Of a stretch of 64,000 bases of DNA, positions 49,388-61,519 are shown piece by piece. The notes under the pieces were generated by a model, which saw only the letters and a list, made by a program, of their open reading frames with translations, did no database searches and had not been told where the DNA came from. Source of the DNA: Negaprion brevirostris (taxonomy: Eukaryota). Position numbers and translations under genes: made by a program. Every line of letters starts with the position of its first letter. The first letter of the stretch is position 1. The stretch is taken from the NCBI GenBank assembly GCA_030324005.1, contig JARDVH010000042.1, forward strand, positions 48,843,185 through 48,907,184. The letters are read 5' to 3'.

Positions 49388-51375
49388 AACAAAGAACAAA
49401 GAGAAGTATAGCACAGGTCAGGCCCTTTGGCCCTCCAAGCCTGTGCCAATCATGATGCCCTAACTACACTAAAAAAAATCTTCTGCCCTTACTTGCTCCA
49501 TATCCCTCTATTCCCTCCCTATTTCACGTACCCATCCAAATACGTCTTAAATGTTGCTAATGTACCTGCGTCTACCACCTTCTCCATCAGCACATTCTCG
49601 GCACCCACCATTCTCTATGTGAAAAATTTCCCTTGTACATCTCCACTAAACTTTCCCCCTCCCACTGTGAACCTGTGCTCCTTTGTAATTGACACTTCCA
49701 CCCTTGGAAAAAGTCTCTGACTATCCACCCTGTCTCTGCCTCTCATAATTTTGTAGACTTCTATCAGATCAGCCTGCAGCCTTCGTCTTTCCAATTAAAA
49801 CAATCTGAGTTTATTCAACCTCCCTTCATAGCCAACACCCTTGAGACCAGACAACATCCTGGTGAACCTTCTTTGCACTTTCTCCAAAGCTTCCACATCC
49901 TTCTGGTAATGTGGTGACCAGAACGGCATGCAGCACTACAAATGCGGCCTAACCAAGATTTTATATAAAGCTGCAACGTGATTTCCCAACTCTTATGCTC
50001 AGTGGTCCAGCTGATGAAGGCAAGCATGCCACATGCCGTCTTAATCACCTGGGCCATCTCATGTTAACATTTTTAGGCAACTGTGGACTTGCGTGCCCAA
50101 ATTCTTCTATGTGTTAATGTTCTTAAGGGTTCTGCCATTTACAGTATAATTCACACCTAAATTTGATCCTCCAAAATGCATCACCTCACATTTGTCCGGA
50201 TTAAATTCCATCTGCCATTTCTGTGTTCAAGTCTCCAATCTATCTTTACCTTGAGTACCCTCTGACAATCCCCGGCACTGTCAGCAACTCCACCAATCCT
50301 TATGTCATCCACAAACTTACTAATCGAAGCACCCACATTCTCCTCCAGATCATTTATATATACTAAAAACAGCANNNNNNNNNNCAGCACTGATCTCTGC
50401 GGAAAACCCCTAGCTACAGATCTCCATTCTAAAAAGCACCCACTGCTACTCTCTGTCTTTTATAACCAAGCCAGTTTTGTATCCATCTAGCCAGCCCATC
50501 CCAAATCCCATGTGATTTTAGTTTTTGTACTTGTCAATCACCTTTCTAAAGTCCACATAAACTACATCCACAGCCATTCCCTCAATTATCTTGTCACCTC
50601 TTCAAAAAACTCAATCAAGTTGGTGAGCTGGTGAAGCATGACCTTCCCCACACAAAACCATGCTGCCTGTCACTAACTAGTCAATTTTCCTCCACATGTG
50701 GATATGTCCTCTCCCTCAGTATCTTCCCCACCACAGTCGTCAGGCTCACTAGCCTTAACTCCCTGAATTATCCCCGCTTCTTTTCTTAAACAAGGGAGAA
50801 ACATTGACTATTCTCCAGCCCTCTGAAACCTTGTTGTCAAAGAGGATGTGAAGGTATCTGTTAAGGCCCTAGCTATTTCTCCCCTTGCCTCCTGCAGTAG
50901 CCTGGGATAGATGCCATTTAGCCCCGGGGACTTGTCTACCTTACTTCAAGATACTCTTCTTTCTTCGATAAATTGACATCCCCTCGAGCATTTATACACC
51001 CATCCCTGACCCCAAAATCCATCATATCCTTCTCCTTGGTGAATACCGATACAAAGTACTCATTAAGGATCTCACCCACTTCCTGTGACATAATCTCCCT
51101 CCATTATCCTTGAGTGGGCCTACTCTTTCTCTTGCTACCCTCTTGTTGCAAATATATACATTAAAGCCTTGGCATTCTCTTGATCCTGTTTGCTAAAGAC
51201 ATTTCAATGGCCCCTTTTAGCCTTCCTAATTCCATGTTTAAGTTCCTTCTTACTTTCACTGTACTCCTCAATGGCTTTGTCAGTTTTCAAATGCCTAGGC
51301 CCATTGTATGGTCCTTTTCCTTTTGGACTAAGTTTACACTTTCCCTTGCCATCAATGGTTCCCGAATCCTGCCAT
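49388..51375 (-). mobile_element. CR1 LINE, about 2 kb 3' portion of ORF2 (RT), frameshifted
   Basis: Minus-strand LFLVYINDLEENV...ISKFVDD..IGGVADS, DVVYVDF and (W)SPHYQKDVEALEKVQRRFTRML. Tail (gttctttgtt)n. Confidence 0.92.
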
Positions 51376-54300
51376 TATTAAATGCCCACATGTACGGGGG
51401 AGGGAATTCAAATCCCTGGAGTCAGGTGCTCTCAGGCGATCATATTTAGTGTGATTTAAGGAGATGTGAACAGCTTCAGTATTTCTGCAAGTTGAGAGCC
51501 AGCAAGTGTGAAAAGTGGAACAAAAGCAAGATAGTGCCACAAAAATGAACTCAGCAGGCCTGGCAGTGCTTGTGGAGAGAGAAACAAAGTAAGGTTGCAA
51601 GTCCAGTATGACTCCTCATGGAATGTGGACTGACTTCACCCTGAGCAACTGACTGAAGCAGGTGAACTCCAGGTTCGAAACATACAACCTTGCTTTTGGG
51701 AAGATACATGTTTTCATCTTGAGCCTAGAGCATAAAATAATAACAAAAATTTTAAAAATTATTGCCCAGCTCAAGAACATCAATTCCAATATATTTTTTT
51801 GCTGAAAATTATAAAATGAAATCAATGTAACACATCGAACAACTGAATACATCTAAAGTCATGACGGATTTGGAAAGAGCCGTGACATTGCTATCTAAGA
51901 CTGAAAAGGCAAAAATACTTTAAATAGCTGCAAATAATTTCGAATGCAGAATAAATTATTTGCTGCTTTGTGTAATAAAGAGAACATTACCTTCATTAAG
52001 GTATTATTTAACGTTTCTGAAATTAATTTTGACCCACATATTCAACACGCCTCACTACTCAAGAGGTGAGTACATCACTTTCTAGGCAAAGCTGGCAAAT
52101 ATAGTTGAATACAGTAAGTCTGAAGTATACTGCATGCCTGACATGTCTCACATCTTATGCCTTATATGTTGCTATTTTCAAACACTATTAACTTTAGAAT
52201 TGAAATTGAGCCAATCTTGATTGAGTTGCTGCTTTGGGTATCTACCCTAATAACTCAGCCCTGGAGTGTCACTCGATCTACTATAGGCCCCTTAGGTCAG
52301 CTCTATAATTACAACTGGGTGCTGAATAATTACCTTTGACGATGAGCTCCCCTGCTGAATTCANNNNNNNNNNTTGTAAGCAATTGAGGCTCTTGGTTGT
52401 TTTTTGTGCATGCTATTTCAAACAATAAGAAAAACAATTACTGTAATCATCTGGTTTCTTTGTCCTTTTGATACATGGATTTCTCTCTGAACCATTATGT
52501 CAACATGTAAATTGTTATATCAGAAACAATTCCTTGATCAGGAAGTCTGTACCAATTGAATTATCCCATTCATCTCGAACTCTCAAGACTATTCGCGGAA
52601 TGGTAATGTTTTGCTGCCCTGCACAATCTGAATCTTCATGCCAGTAACAATCTATATGTACACACAGATGATGCACTAAAGATTGAAATATGCTTTCTTT
52701 ACTTGTGAGATAGACCATAATTCACAAGGAGTATGAAAAAAGAAACTGTATGTATTGTAACCCCCACCTTTCTGAATAATGCAGAAGTTTGTGGAAAGTA
52801 CATCTTGATTGTATCTTTTCAAGGACAGTAATGGAGAGTGACACATCAAAGCGACACATAGAAAAATGAGATAAAAGGTACGTCATTCAAATTTGTAAAG
52901 CTGTTAACTCAACAGAATGGATATTTTTATAATTTCCATGGGGGTGGGTTAAGAACATGTGACACCATAATTGCAATGTGTTCTAATTTACATTAGACTC
53001 ATCTTCTTGTCAATGATTAACATTTCATTTAGAAATGCTATTTTCTAAATGGATGGTCATAAAGAAGGACAGAAAGTGGATAAAATTCACCGAGTTCATG
53101 ATAGGGAGTGAGAAAAGTGCACTAGACAAGTATACAGCTGCGGAATCTGCTGAACAGGATTCACATATAGGCTGAGATTGAAACAATTGGTAAAGTCATG
53201 AAAAATTATGAAGTGTCAGTGAACTTGCACGTGAGGCTATTTAAAACAAGGCTGAAGTTTAATTTGCAGCACAGGATTACAAAAATCATGTCGCACCCAG
53301 GTAAAATCACAAGTGTGGAAACATTGAGAATCCTGATAATAATGTGATGGGAAGTGTCCATGAATCCAGTGATTCAAAACTTTCACACTATTTCTGCCTC
53401 TTTTTTCCCGCAATTCCTGTTTTTATTTGAGATCTCCAGCATCCGTAGAAATATTCACTGATCTGCCACTGTATGATCCGCTCTTTGTCCACGGTTAAAA
53501 AGAAACTGTTCTATTCTATAGTAATAATTCAATTTAAAAGCACTTCAGAGAATGGTTCTTGCATTGAACTGGGTCCAGCATTCAGTGGATAATGAAGCAT
53601 TAAATGCACACTTCAACAAACAATTCATAAATTAGTACTTGCGAAGGTAAACATTAATCAACTGCTCAAGTTAAAACTTTGATGACAGACTTAAATCTGG
53701 GGCAAGGGTTGAAACATTCACAAAGTATTAACAGTAGACGGCTGTGCCTGCCCTGTAGATGCTGGAAATCTAAAAGAAAAACAGAAAATGCAGGAGGTAC
53801 CCAGCAGGTCAAGTAACATCTGTGGAGAGAGAAACAGAGCTAATGGGTGGAATTTGATCAGCAGGGTGGGGATCTCATCCACTGATTAAAGAATTGGTGA
53901 AAACTCCACTTTGATGCTTTCTGGAAAGCCAAGCTAATCAGGCACAGATCTGGACAACACGAGGCCTTCTACACAATTAAGCCCTGAGGAGGGCAAAGGT
54001 CCAGACCCTGAGAATGTGGATCCCCCCGGTAGGTCACTGGCAAACCAGGAAGTATTTTGCTCTAACCAAATCCTAATACTGAATTCTAACAGTGCCGCAA
54101 TGAGGCCCTTAAATGTCCCTTAAATTATTATTTANNNNNNNNNNNNNNNNNNNNNNNNNNNNNNNNNNNNNNNNNNNNNNNNNNNNNNNNNNNNNNNNNN
54201 NNNNNNNNNNNNNNNNNNNNNNNNNNNNNNNNNNNNNNNNNNNNNNNNNNNNNNNNNNNNNNNNNNNNNNNNNNNNNNNNNNNNNNNNNNNNNNNNNNNN

Positions 54301-54509
54301 NNNNNNNNNNNNNNNNNNNNNNNNNNNNNNNNNNNNNNNNNNNNNNNNNNNNNNNNNNNNNNNNNNNNNNNNNNNNNNNTAGAAAGTTACTTTCCTGAGT
54401 TTGCAGGTGTTGTCTTTTCTAACTTCATTTGGGACGCTTGCAGGATTATTTGACATTCTTTGAGAATTACAGAACAGCTGTCTGAAAATCTTAAAATGGA
54501 ATATTCTTG

Positions 54510-54906
54510 CCATAGAACACTACAGCACAGAAACAGCCCTTTTGGCCCTTCTTGGCTGTGCCGAACCATTTTTCTGCCTAGTCCACTGACCTGCACCTCG
54601 ACCATATCCCTCTATGCCCTCTCATCCATGTACCTGTCCAAGCTTTTCTTAAATGTTAAAAGTGAGTCCATATCTACCACTTCATCTGGCAGCTCATTCC
54701 ATACTCCCAACACTCTCTGCGTGAAGAACCGCCCCCCTTCACCCTTCACCCTTCACCCATGTCCTCTAGTTTTTCTCTCCTAGCCTCAGTGGAAAAAGCC
54801 TGCTTGCATTCACTCCATCTATACCCATAATTTTATGCACCTCTATCAAATCTCCCCTCATTCTTCTACACTGCAGGGAATAAAGTCCTAACCTATTCAA
54901 CCTTTC
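54510..54906 (-). mobile_element. CR1 3' end
   Basis: catagaacactacagcacagaaacagcccttttggccc reverse tail plus antisense RT C-terminus. Confidence 0.85.
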
Positions 54907-55956
54907 AGCCTCTACAGATTAAATCTGGACTGCACTGTTTTGACATTTAACTTCTCCACTCTGTGTGTGTTTGAATTCTGAGGTTAAAAAGTTGAACTCT
55001 GTATTTAATCATAAAGCCTTAAAGATCAATTAACATTGAGAAAGGATCCAGGCTGTGAATTAAGAGTTAAATCAAAAGGGAAATGATGGAATAGTCACTT
55101 GAATAAGTTGCAACACTGTTCAATATCATTAAATTTTCCTACATTATTAGGGTGATTAGCCCTCTTGGTACAATGCCCTAAGGGGCATTGACAACCATGG
55201 ATTTACATTGGATTGGTCCATGATTAGATTTGGTAAAGTTTTGCAGTGGTTTGCCACCTTCTGCAGTAACTGACCAGGAAATGTTTTCATTCTTACCACC
55301 TACCTTAAGGCATATTAGAAGGATTTTACAAGCTGACAATCAACCTTTTTCATTACATGATTAACACCACACGGACACAAGGTCCTAGAATAGTTTAATC
55401 CAGAGGTTAAGGACCACAATACCTCACAATAGTGGCTACACTTAGAAGTACTCAATTGGTTGTAAAGCACTTTGTGACAACGAGTGATGACAAAAGGTGC
55501 TAAACAAATGCAATTCTTTTTTAATCATTAAGAAGTCAACTTGCTTATTAATCTACTACAACCATAAATGTCTGTGCTGCCGTACATTCAACGAAAAGGA
55601 GACATTACAGAAAAACATCAAGCTTTCTTTGACAATACTTCTAAACTCCATGTTATCTGCCAGCTAAAAGGAAGGGAGCAGCAACATAGCAAGAATGCCA
55701 TCAACTCAAGCTTGTTGCGGCCCAATCTGTAGCACACTTACCACTGACTAAGAAAACTGTGGATTCAAGTGAGTGCTGCACTATCAGAGGTGCTGCCATT
55801 CAGAAGAGTTGTTAAATTGAGGCCCTAGCTACCCTCCAAGATAAAGGTTGCACTGTACAACTTTAAAGAAGAACAGGGGAGTTATCCTGGACATCCTGAC
55901 CAATGTTTATCTCTCAATAAGCTTCACATAAAAAATTATCCGTTCATTATCACATT

Positions 55957-56654
55957 AAGAAGTCTCACAACACCAGGTTAAAGTCCAACAGGTTTATTTG
56001 TCGCAAACACCACTAGATTTTACAATTAGCTGTTCCTTCGTCAGGTGGGTGGGAGTTCTAATCACAAACAGGGCATATAAAGACACAAACTCAACTAAAA
56101 AGAATAACGATTGTAATGTGAGTCTTTATAGCTAATCAAGTCTTAAAGGTACAGACAATGTGAGTGGAGAGAGCATTAAGCACAGGTTAAAGAGATGTGT
56201 ATTGTCNNNNNNNNNNNNNNNNNNNNNNNNNNNNNNNNNNNNNNNNNNNNNNNNNNNNNNGTTGTGGGGGTTACAGATAGTGTGACGTGAACCCAAGGTC
56301 CTGGTTGAGGCTGTCCTCATGTCAGTGGAACTTGGCTGTCAGTCTCTGCGCTATCATGCATCGTGCAGGCTGCCTTGGCGAACGCTTACCCAAAGATCAG
56401 AGGCCGAATGCCCGTGACCGCTGAAGTGTTCCCCAATAGGAACAGAATGGTCTTGCCTGGTGATTGTCGAGTAAATTGAGTTTGTGTCTTTATATGCCCT
56501 GTTTGTGATCAGAACTCCCACCCACCTGACGAAGAAACAGCCAATTCTGAAAGCTAGTGGTGTTTGCTACAAATAAACCTGTTGGAGTTTAACCTGGTGT
56601 TGTGAGACTTCTTACTGTGTTTACCCCAGTCCAACGCCAGCATCTCCACATCAT
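55957..56654. mobile_element. Penelope-like element with inverted pseudo-LTR arms
   Basis: 55957-56097 and 56473-56615 form an approximately 140-bp inverted repeat. The interior carries the minus-strand GIY-YIG C-terminus (EDSLNQDLGFTSHYL*). Near-duplicated flanks tcattatcacatt / tcattatttcatt. Confidence 0.88.
56522..56560 (+). ncRNA. Minimal type I hammerhead ribozyme motif, best-formed copy
   Basis: CCAC-CUGACGA-AGAA(acagccaa)UUCU-GAAA-GCUA-GUGG. 4-bp stem I, 4-bp stem II, intact core, CUA cleavage triplet. Confidence 0.65.
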
Positions 56655-57169
56655 TATTTCATTGCCATTGGTGGCAGCCCGCTGTGTGCAATTTAGCTGT
56701 TGTATTTCCTACATCACAGCAATGCATACTTAAAGGAAGTAATTACTGACTGTAAAGCACATGGAGATGCCTGCTTGTTGGTCAGGGAAGGTGCTATAAA
56801 TGCAAGTCTTTGTTTGAAGTTACTCTACATTTCACACTCCATCCTGACCTGGACAGTTAATGCTATATTTTCATTACAGGACTCAACACTGAGAATTACC
56901 CAGCTAACACCATTGTGGGAGCATCAGCAATACAAGGTCCGCAACAATTCATGGAAAGTGCGTTCCTGGAGTAACAAGAGTTGGGCAATAAATATAGCTT
57001 TACTAACAGCGAAAACAGGCCAAACATAACCGTTTAACAAAGAGGACCCTCTTTGGCTGATGACCCAGTGAGAGGATGATTACATTGCCTGAATATTTGG
57101 GGTCATTTTTCCAAGCTTGGCATTTCACCTTATTTTAAATGATCATTAAATAAAAGTGCTTCACTTATG

Positions 57170-58390
57170 TAATTTGTTTGATTCTTTCACTGAACATGGG
57201 CATCACTGGCAAAGCCAGCATTTGTCACCCATCCTTAATTCCCCTTGAGAAGGTAATGATGAACCATCTTCTTAAAGTGCTGTCGTCCATGTGGTTTAGG
57301 TACACCCACACTGCTGTTAGGAAGAATGTTCGAGAAATTTGAAGGAATGGCAATATAATTCCACGTCAGGATGGTGTGCGGCTTGGATGGGAAATTGCAT
57401 GTGATGATGTTCTCCTGTACTTGCTGCCCTTATCCTTCTAGGTGGTGTTAGAGACATAAAGGTTTACAGCATGGAAACAGGCCGTTCGGCCCAACTTGTC
57501 CGTTTTTTTTACCCCTAAGCTGGTCCCAATTGCCTGCATTTGGCCCATATCTCTCTGTACCTAATTACCCATGTAACTGTCTAAATGCTTTTTAAAAGAC
57601 AAAATTGCACCCACCTCTACTACTACCTCTGGCAGCTTGTTCCAGACACTCACCATCCTCTGTGTGAAAAAATTGCCCCTCTGGACCCTTTTGTATCTCT
57701 TCCCTATCACCTTAAACCTATGCCCGCTAGTTTTAGACTCCTCTACCTTTGGGAAAAGATATTGACTATCTAACTGATCTATGCCCCTCGTTATTTTATA
57801 GACCTCTATAGGATCACCCCTCAGCCTCCTATACTCCATAGAAAAAAGCCCCAGTCTATCCGGCCTCTCTTTATAACTCAAACCATCAAGTCCCAGTAGC
57901 ATCCCAGTAAATCTTCTCTGCGCTCTTTCTAGTTTAATAATATCCTTTCTATAATAGGGTGACCACAGCCCTGTTGAAGGAGTCCTTGGTGAGTTGCTGC
58001 AATGCATCTTATGAATAGCATATATCACTGCCGCGGTGGAAGCAGTGAATATTTGAGGTGGTGGATGGGGTAGCAGATAAGTGGGCTGTTTTGTCCTTGA
58101 TAGTTTCCAGCTTCTTGAGTGTTGTTGAAGCTGCATTCATCCAGGCAAGTGAGGAGTATTCCATCACACTCCTGACTTGTGCATAGTAGGTGGTGGACCA
58201 GAGTTGTGGAGTCAGGAAGTGAGTTACTCATTTCAGAATCCCCAGACTCTGACCTCTGTCTTGTAGCCACAGTATATATATGGCTAGTCCAGTTCAGTTT
58301 CTGCTCAACAGTAAACCCCAGGATGTTGATGGTGGGGCATTCAGGGATGGCAATGCCATTGAACAGTGAGGGGAGACTGTTAGATTCAGT
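57170..58390 (-). mobile_element. CR1/L2-group LINE 3' fragment hosting a younger CR1 insertion
   Basis: Colinear with 1292-2120 on both sides of the insertion (YYAQVRSVMEYSSLAWMNAASTTLKKLETIKDKTA..I). Confidence 0.82.
57452..57968 (-). mobile_element. Relatively young CR1 3' end nested in the older LINE
   Basis: Open frame WSPYYRKDIIKLERAQRRFTGML.GL.GLSYKER..RLGLFS.E.RRLRGD.IEVYKI..GID...NFFTQR.VSVWNKLPE.VVE. Confidence 0.92.
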
Positions 58391-58660
58391 AACAATGAAG
58401 TGAAAGAATAATTTAACTGAGAAACGTGATTATTTGTCACTTAATAGTGACAGAATGTTTCCAAATGAACCAATTAAACTTTACGAGAAGCTCTGATCAT
58501 TTCTGGTGGACTGCGGCTTGAGGAAATTTGAAAAATCACTGACCTAAGTTATAAAAACACCAGAACGTTATGCATTTCTTCTCATAACACGCTCTATAAA
58601 CATTCTCCCTTTAAAACACAAGAAGCACTAGAGAGCAGAAAGACATTCTCCCGCACCACT

Positions 58661-58713
58661 TCTGTCTTCAACTGAAAAAATACTTCAGTAGTATTTTTTC
58701 AGTTGAAGACAGA
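58661..58713. repeat. Perfect 24-bp inverted repeat with 5-nt spacer
   Basis: tctgtcttcaactgaaaaaatact - tcagt - agtattttttcagttgaagacaga. Confidence 0.95.
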
Positions 58714-59149
58714 CCTCTGGATGATGCACAAAACGTTTTTAAAAAGCACGCTTATTTTTCATGGGGAAACTTGACTTTCACTGGAAAGCATTGTATTCAA
58801 AAAGAGAAAAGGAAATGTTTTCTCAAACTTCTGTTTCTTAGTGATACCACAAGGCAATTATGGAACTAATGTTCCTTCCTTAAATGTCTACAATTAGCCC
58901 CAAGTTCCTTCATTCACTGATTATTTCCCTACAATTTTTTACAGAAATCTCCTAGCCACCTCATCTGAACTTCCCCCCTTACACCATCCATTCTCTGCAC
59001 TCAATCTAGAATTGAGACTCTCACAGACTTCCTTGTTTACAAATTCAAGGCCATCTGCTTAGCTACTTGTGTCTTCCTTTTACTTACTACCAGTCATTGC
59101 AACCAAACCACACTCTCCTGCACATGCAGCATCATTTTCTCCATGCTCT

Positions 59150-60140
59150 AGAACATAAGAACACAAGAAATAGGAGCAGGAATAGACCATGCAGCTCCTC
59201 AAGCCTGTTCTGTCATTCAATATCATTATAGTTGGTTTTGGACCTCAGTTTCACTTTCCCGCCTGTTCTCTGCATCCCTTACTTCCCCACATTCTCTATG
59301 TCTGCAAGTGTCCCTTTCACAACACTAGGATGAGGGCCATCAGGTCACAAGAATGTTAGATTTTAGTCCCTTAAGTTCCTCCAATATCTTTTCTCTGCTG
59401 AACTTTCTCACTCTTTTCAGCCCCTCAGTTATTCTCTATTTTCAATGTAAAATGTGTGTCTTCTACTGTGAAGACAGGCACAAAGTAATTGTTTGATGTC
59501 TCTGCCATTCCTCATTTCCCATGTTAATTCCTCCTGTCTCCGCTTCCAAGATACCAGCATTTACTCTCTTTCATTTTATACATTTCTCAAAGCTCTTGCA
59601 ATCTGATTTTATAATTCTGGCTAGTTTACCGTCATTCTATTTTTTCCCTTTTTACCAACTTTTTTGGTGGCTCTATGCTGATTTCTAAAGCTCTCCCAAT
59701 CATAAAACTTGTTCCTGTTTATTTGCAACATGTTACGTCTCTTCCTTTAATTTCATATTATTCATAACTTCCTGAGTGAGCCACATGTGGGCCTTTTTGT
59801 GGATTTCTTTCAGTGAAGTGTATTTTTGTTGAGCATTTTAAATTGTTTCTTGAAATGTTTCCTACTGTTCACTTACTGCCAAATCTTCTAATCTACTTAC
59901 CCAATAAACTTTAGCCAGCTGTCCCCTACAAATATTATATTGCCTTTGTTCCAAGCTAATTTCTTGTTTGATGATTAGTCCAACAGTATAATGATCATTA
60001 GAGGCCTTATAATGTACTCCCACCAGAATATTCTGACTTTTACCTGATTTCTATCCACATTGATTCTATCTCATGTCCTACTGAGGCCAGATTCTCCCTC
60101 ACTAATGTCCTTACATCACCTCTTTCAAACTGCCAGTTAT
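59150..60140 (-). mobile_element. Decayed CR1 (3' tail joined to more internal ORF2 pieces)
   Basis: agaacataagaacacaagaaataggagcagg reverse tail, then antisense ORF2 remnants (tcttctactgtgaagac...caaagtaattgttt). Confidence 0.7.
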
Positions 60141-60570
60141 TTGGTAATGTAATCCTGTTGCTTAAATGATATGTCAAATTTCTGACAGAGCACAGGAACG
60201 ATCTGGTTCCTTTAACTGTCGTCTCCCTGACTCAAACAATGAAAATTATGAACACACATATTTAAGTACAAAGTTAAAATCTCCGTAACAATATAGCACA
60301 ATATGTCATGAAACTAGTTTTTCATTAAAGTTATAGTCAATTCGAAGCCTTTTGAAAATGAATCACGGACCTCACTCTCTCTTGAATCTACATGTGGGCA
60401 TCTCAGCTATACTATGTTTCTGACCATGATCCTTGCATAAAGCAGACCTCACCTCAACTTTGTCACTGCCTTAACACATGAAATATGTGTCAGAAATGTG
60501 CAAGTGCAAAAGTAGTTGTTAAGAATACACACACTTCAATGATCTTGGAGATGACAAATAAAGTACTTAC

Positions 60571-61036
60571 CAATATAAAGTGATGAATCCCTCTTTCGTA
60601 CATGGTCATCAATGTAGGAGACACCAAGTGGTTGAATTGGGGTTGCACCAGCCCCAATGATAACCTGAGCCACAATAACCAACACGTACATCATGTTTGT
60701 TGTTTCTGTTTCTGCACATGTCTTGAGATTTTTCTCCACTGTTATTTGTTGTTCCTCCAATGAAAGGTTTGCCATGCAGGTATCCTTCAGTACTGAAGTA
60801 TCGACCTGCTTGTATTGATATTGATGACTTAGAAACTCTGGCAGTGCACAAAATAAAGAACCAATGGCCATTATGATCCCACCACAGCCTATCAATCTTG
60901 GTCTATGTCCTTTTCCACCAAAGTAGCTCACCAACAAAATTATCATGAGGTTTCCAATCTCAAAGCTGCTTGCAATTACTCCTAGTTCAGTGCTATGTAG
61001 GTCAAATCGTCTCTCCAGAGTTGTTAGAATACTGAC
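60571..61036 (-). CDS. SLCO3A1: Internal coding exon (exon-2 equivalent) of a solute carrier organic anion transporter family 3 gene (OATP3A1/SLCO3A1-like)
   Basis: Translates VSILTTLERRFDLHSTELGVIASSFEIGNL...SYFGGKGHRPRLIGCGG...ALPEFL...TNMMY...AQVIIGAGATPIQPLGVSYIDDHVRKRDSSLYI(G), matching my recollection of vertebrate OATP3A1 TM2-TM4. Minus-strand acceptor ttttccacag|GTC at 61037/61036 and donor ATTG|gtaagt at 60571/60570. 466 nt, phase 0 to phase 1. Ortholog versus paralog unresolved. Confidence 0.93.
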
Positions 61037-61519
61037 CTGTGGAAAACATGAAGAAAGCATTGTAAGAAGTATAAACTGAAAGGAGAACTATAGCTAATCT
61101 AACACTTGAGTTAATGATTATTTATTCTGAGGCTTCATGCTTGTAAACTTAGACATGTTGTGTATATACACATAATTTATAAAACTCTCTGCTGAAAATG
61201 GAATGGATAGTTTACTGAGCGCAACATTGTTAGTGAAAAATACCACGCATGTTACTGCTGCATATTTGCAGCATGTAACCATCAACTTCAACTATTGCTC
61301 AAATATTTTGAGATATCTCATTCTTCCAAGGTAATTTGAGGTCGACTGGGCAAATTTCTGGTCCAAAGGCGGTGTCCAGAGATAAGAATACACAACACAG
61401 CGAGCAATTTTCTGATCAGAATGGCCAGTATGACACAGGATAACTTTCACATGCCGCTTTTCAGCATTAAACTTACACAGGTCCAATTTATGAGATTGTC
61501 AATGGTCCAATCTTACTGA

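Larger units (their letters stand above)
55728..56812 (+). mobile_element. DeuSINE (SacSINE1-like) split by a Penelope insertion
   Basis: 5' half gagtgctgcactatcagaggtgc...aagaagaacaggggagttatcc...tcattatcacatt. The 3' half resumes at about 56655 and ends gtgctataaatgcaagtcttt. Confidence 0.8.
1..60570 (-). other. Probable large downstream intron of the SLCO3A1-like gene (continues beyond window start)
   Basis: Starts at a GTAAGT donor. By-eye search for next-exon motifs (FGP.CGF..GS.CTK.YVD; W.GAWW) found none. A short exon could be hidden in an N gap. Confidence 0.7.

Noticed and set aside
54109-54513. ORFs spanning N runs (also at 4621, 8455, 27341, 62395 and others)
   Set aside because: Open only because Ns hide stop codons.
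57561-58136. 191-aa ORF
   Set aside because: Chance in-frame chimera of a nested CR1 RT C-terminus and an off-frame read of its host LINE; not a host gene.
60536-61060. 174-aa ORF treated as a standalone gene
   Set aside because: The ends (MLSSCFPQ, KYFICHLQDH) are intron read-through. The true unit is the spliced exon 60571-61036.
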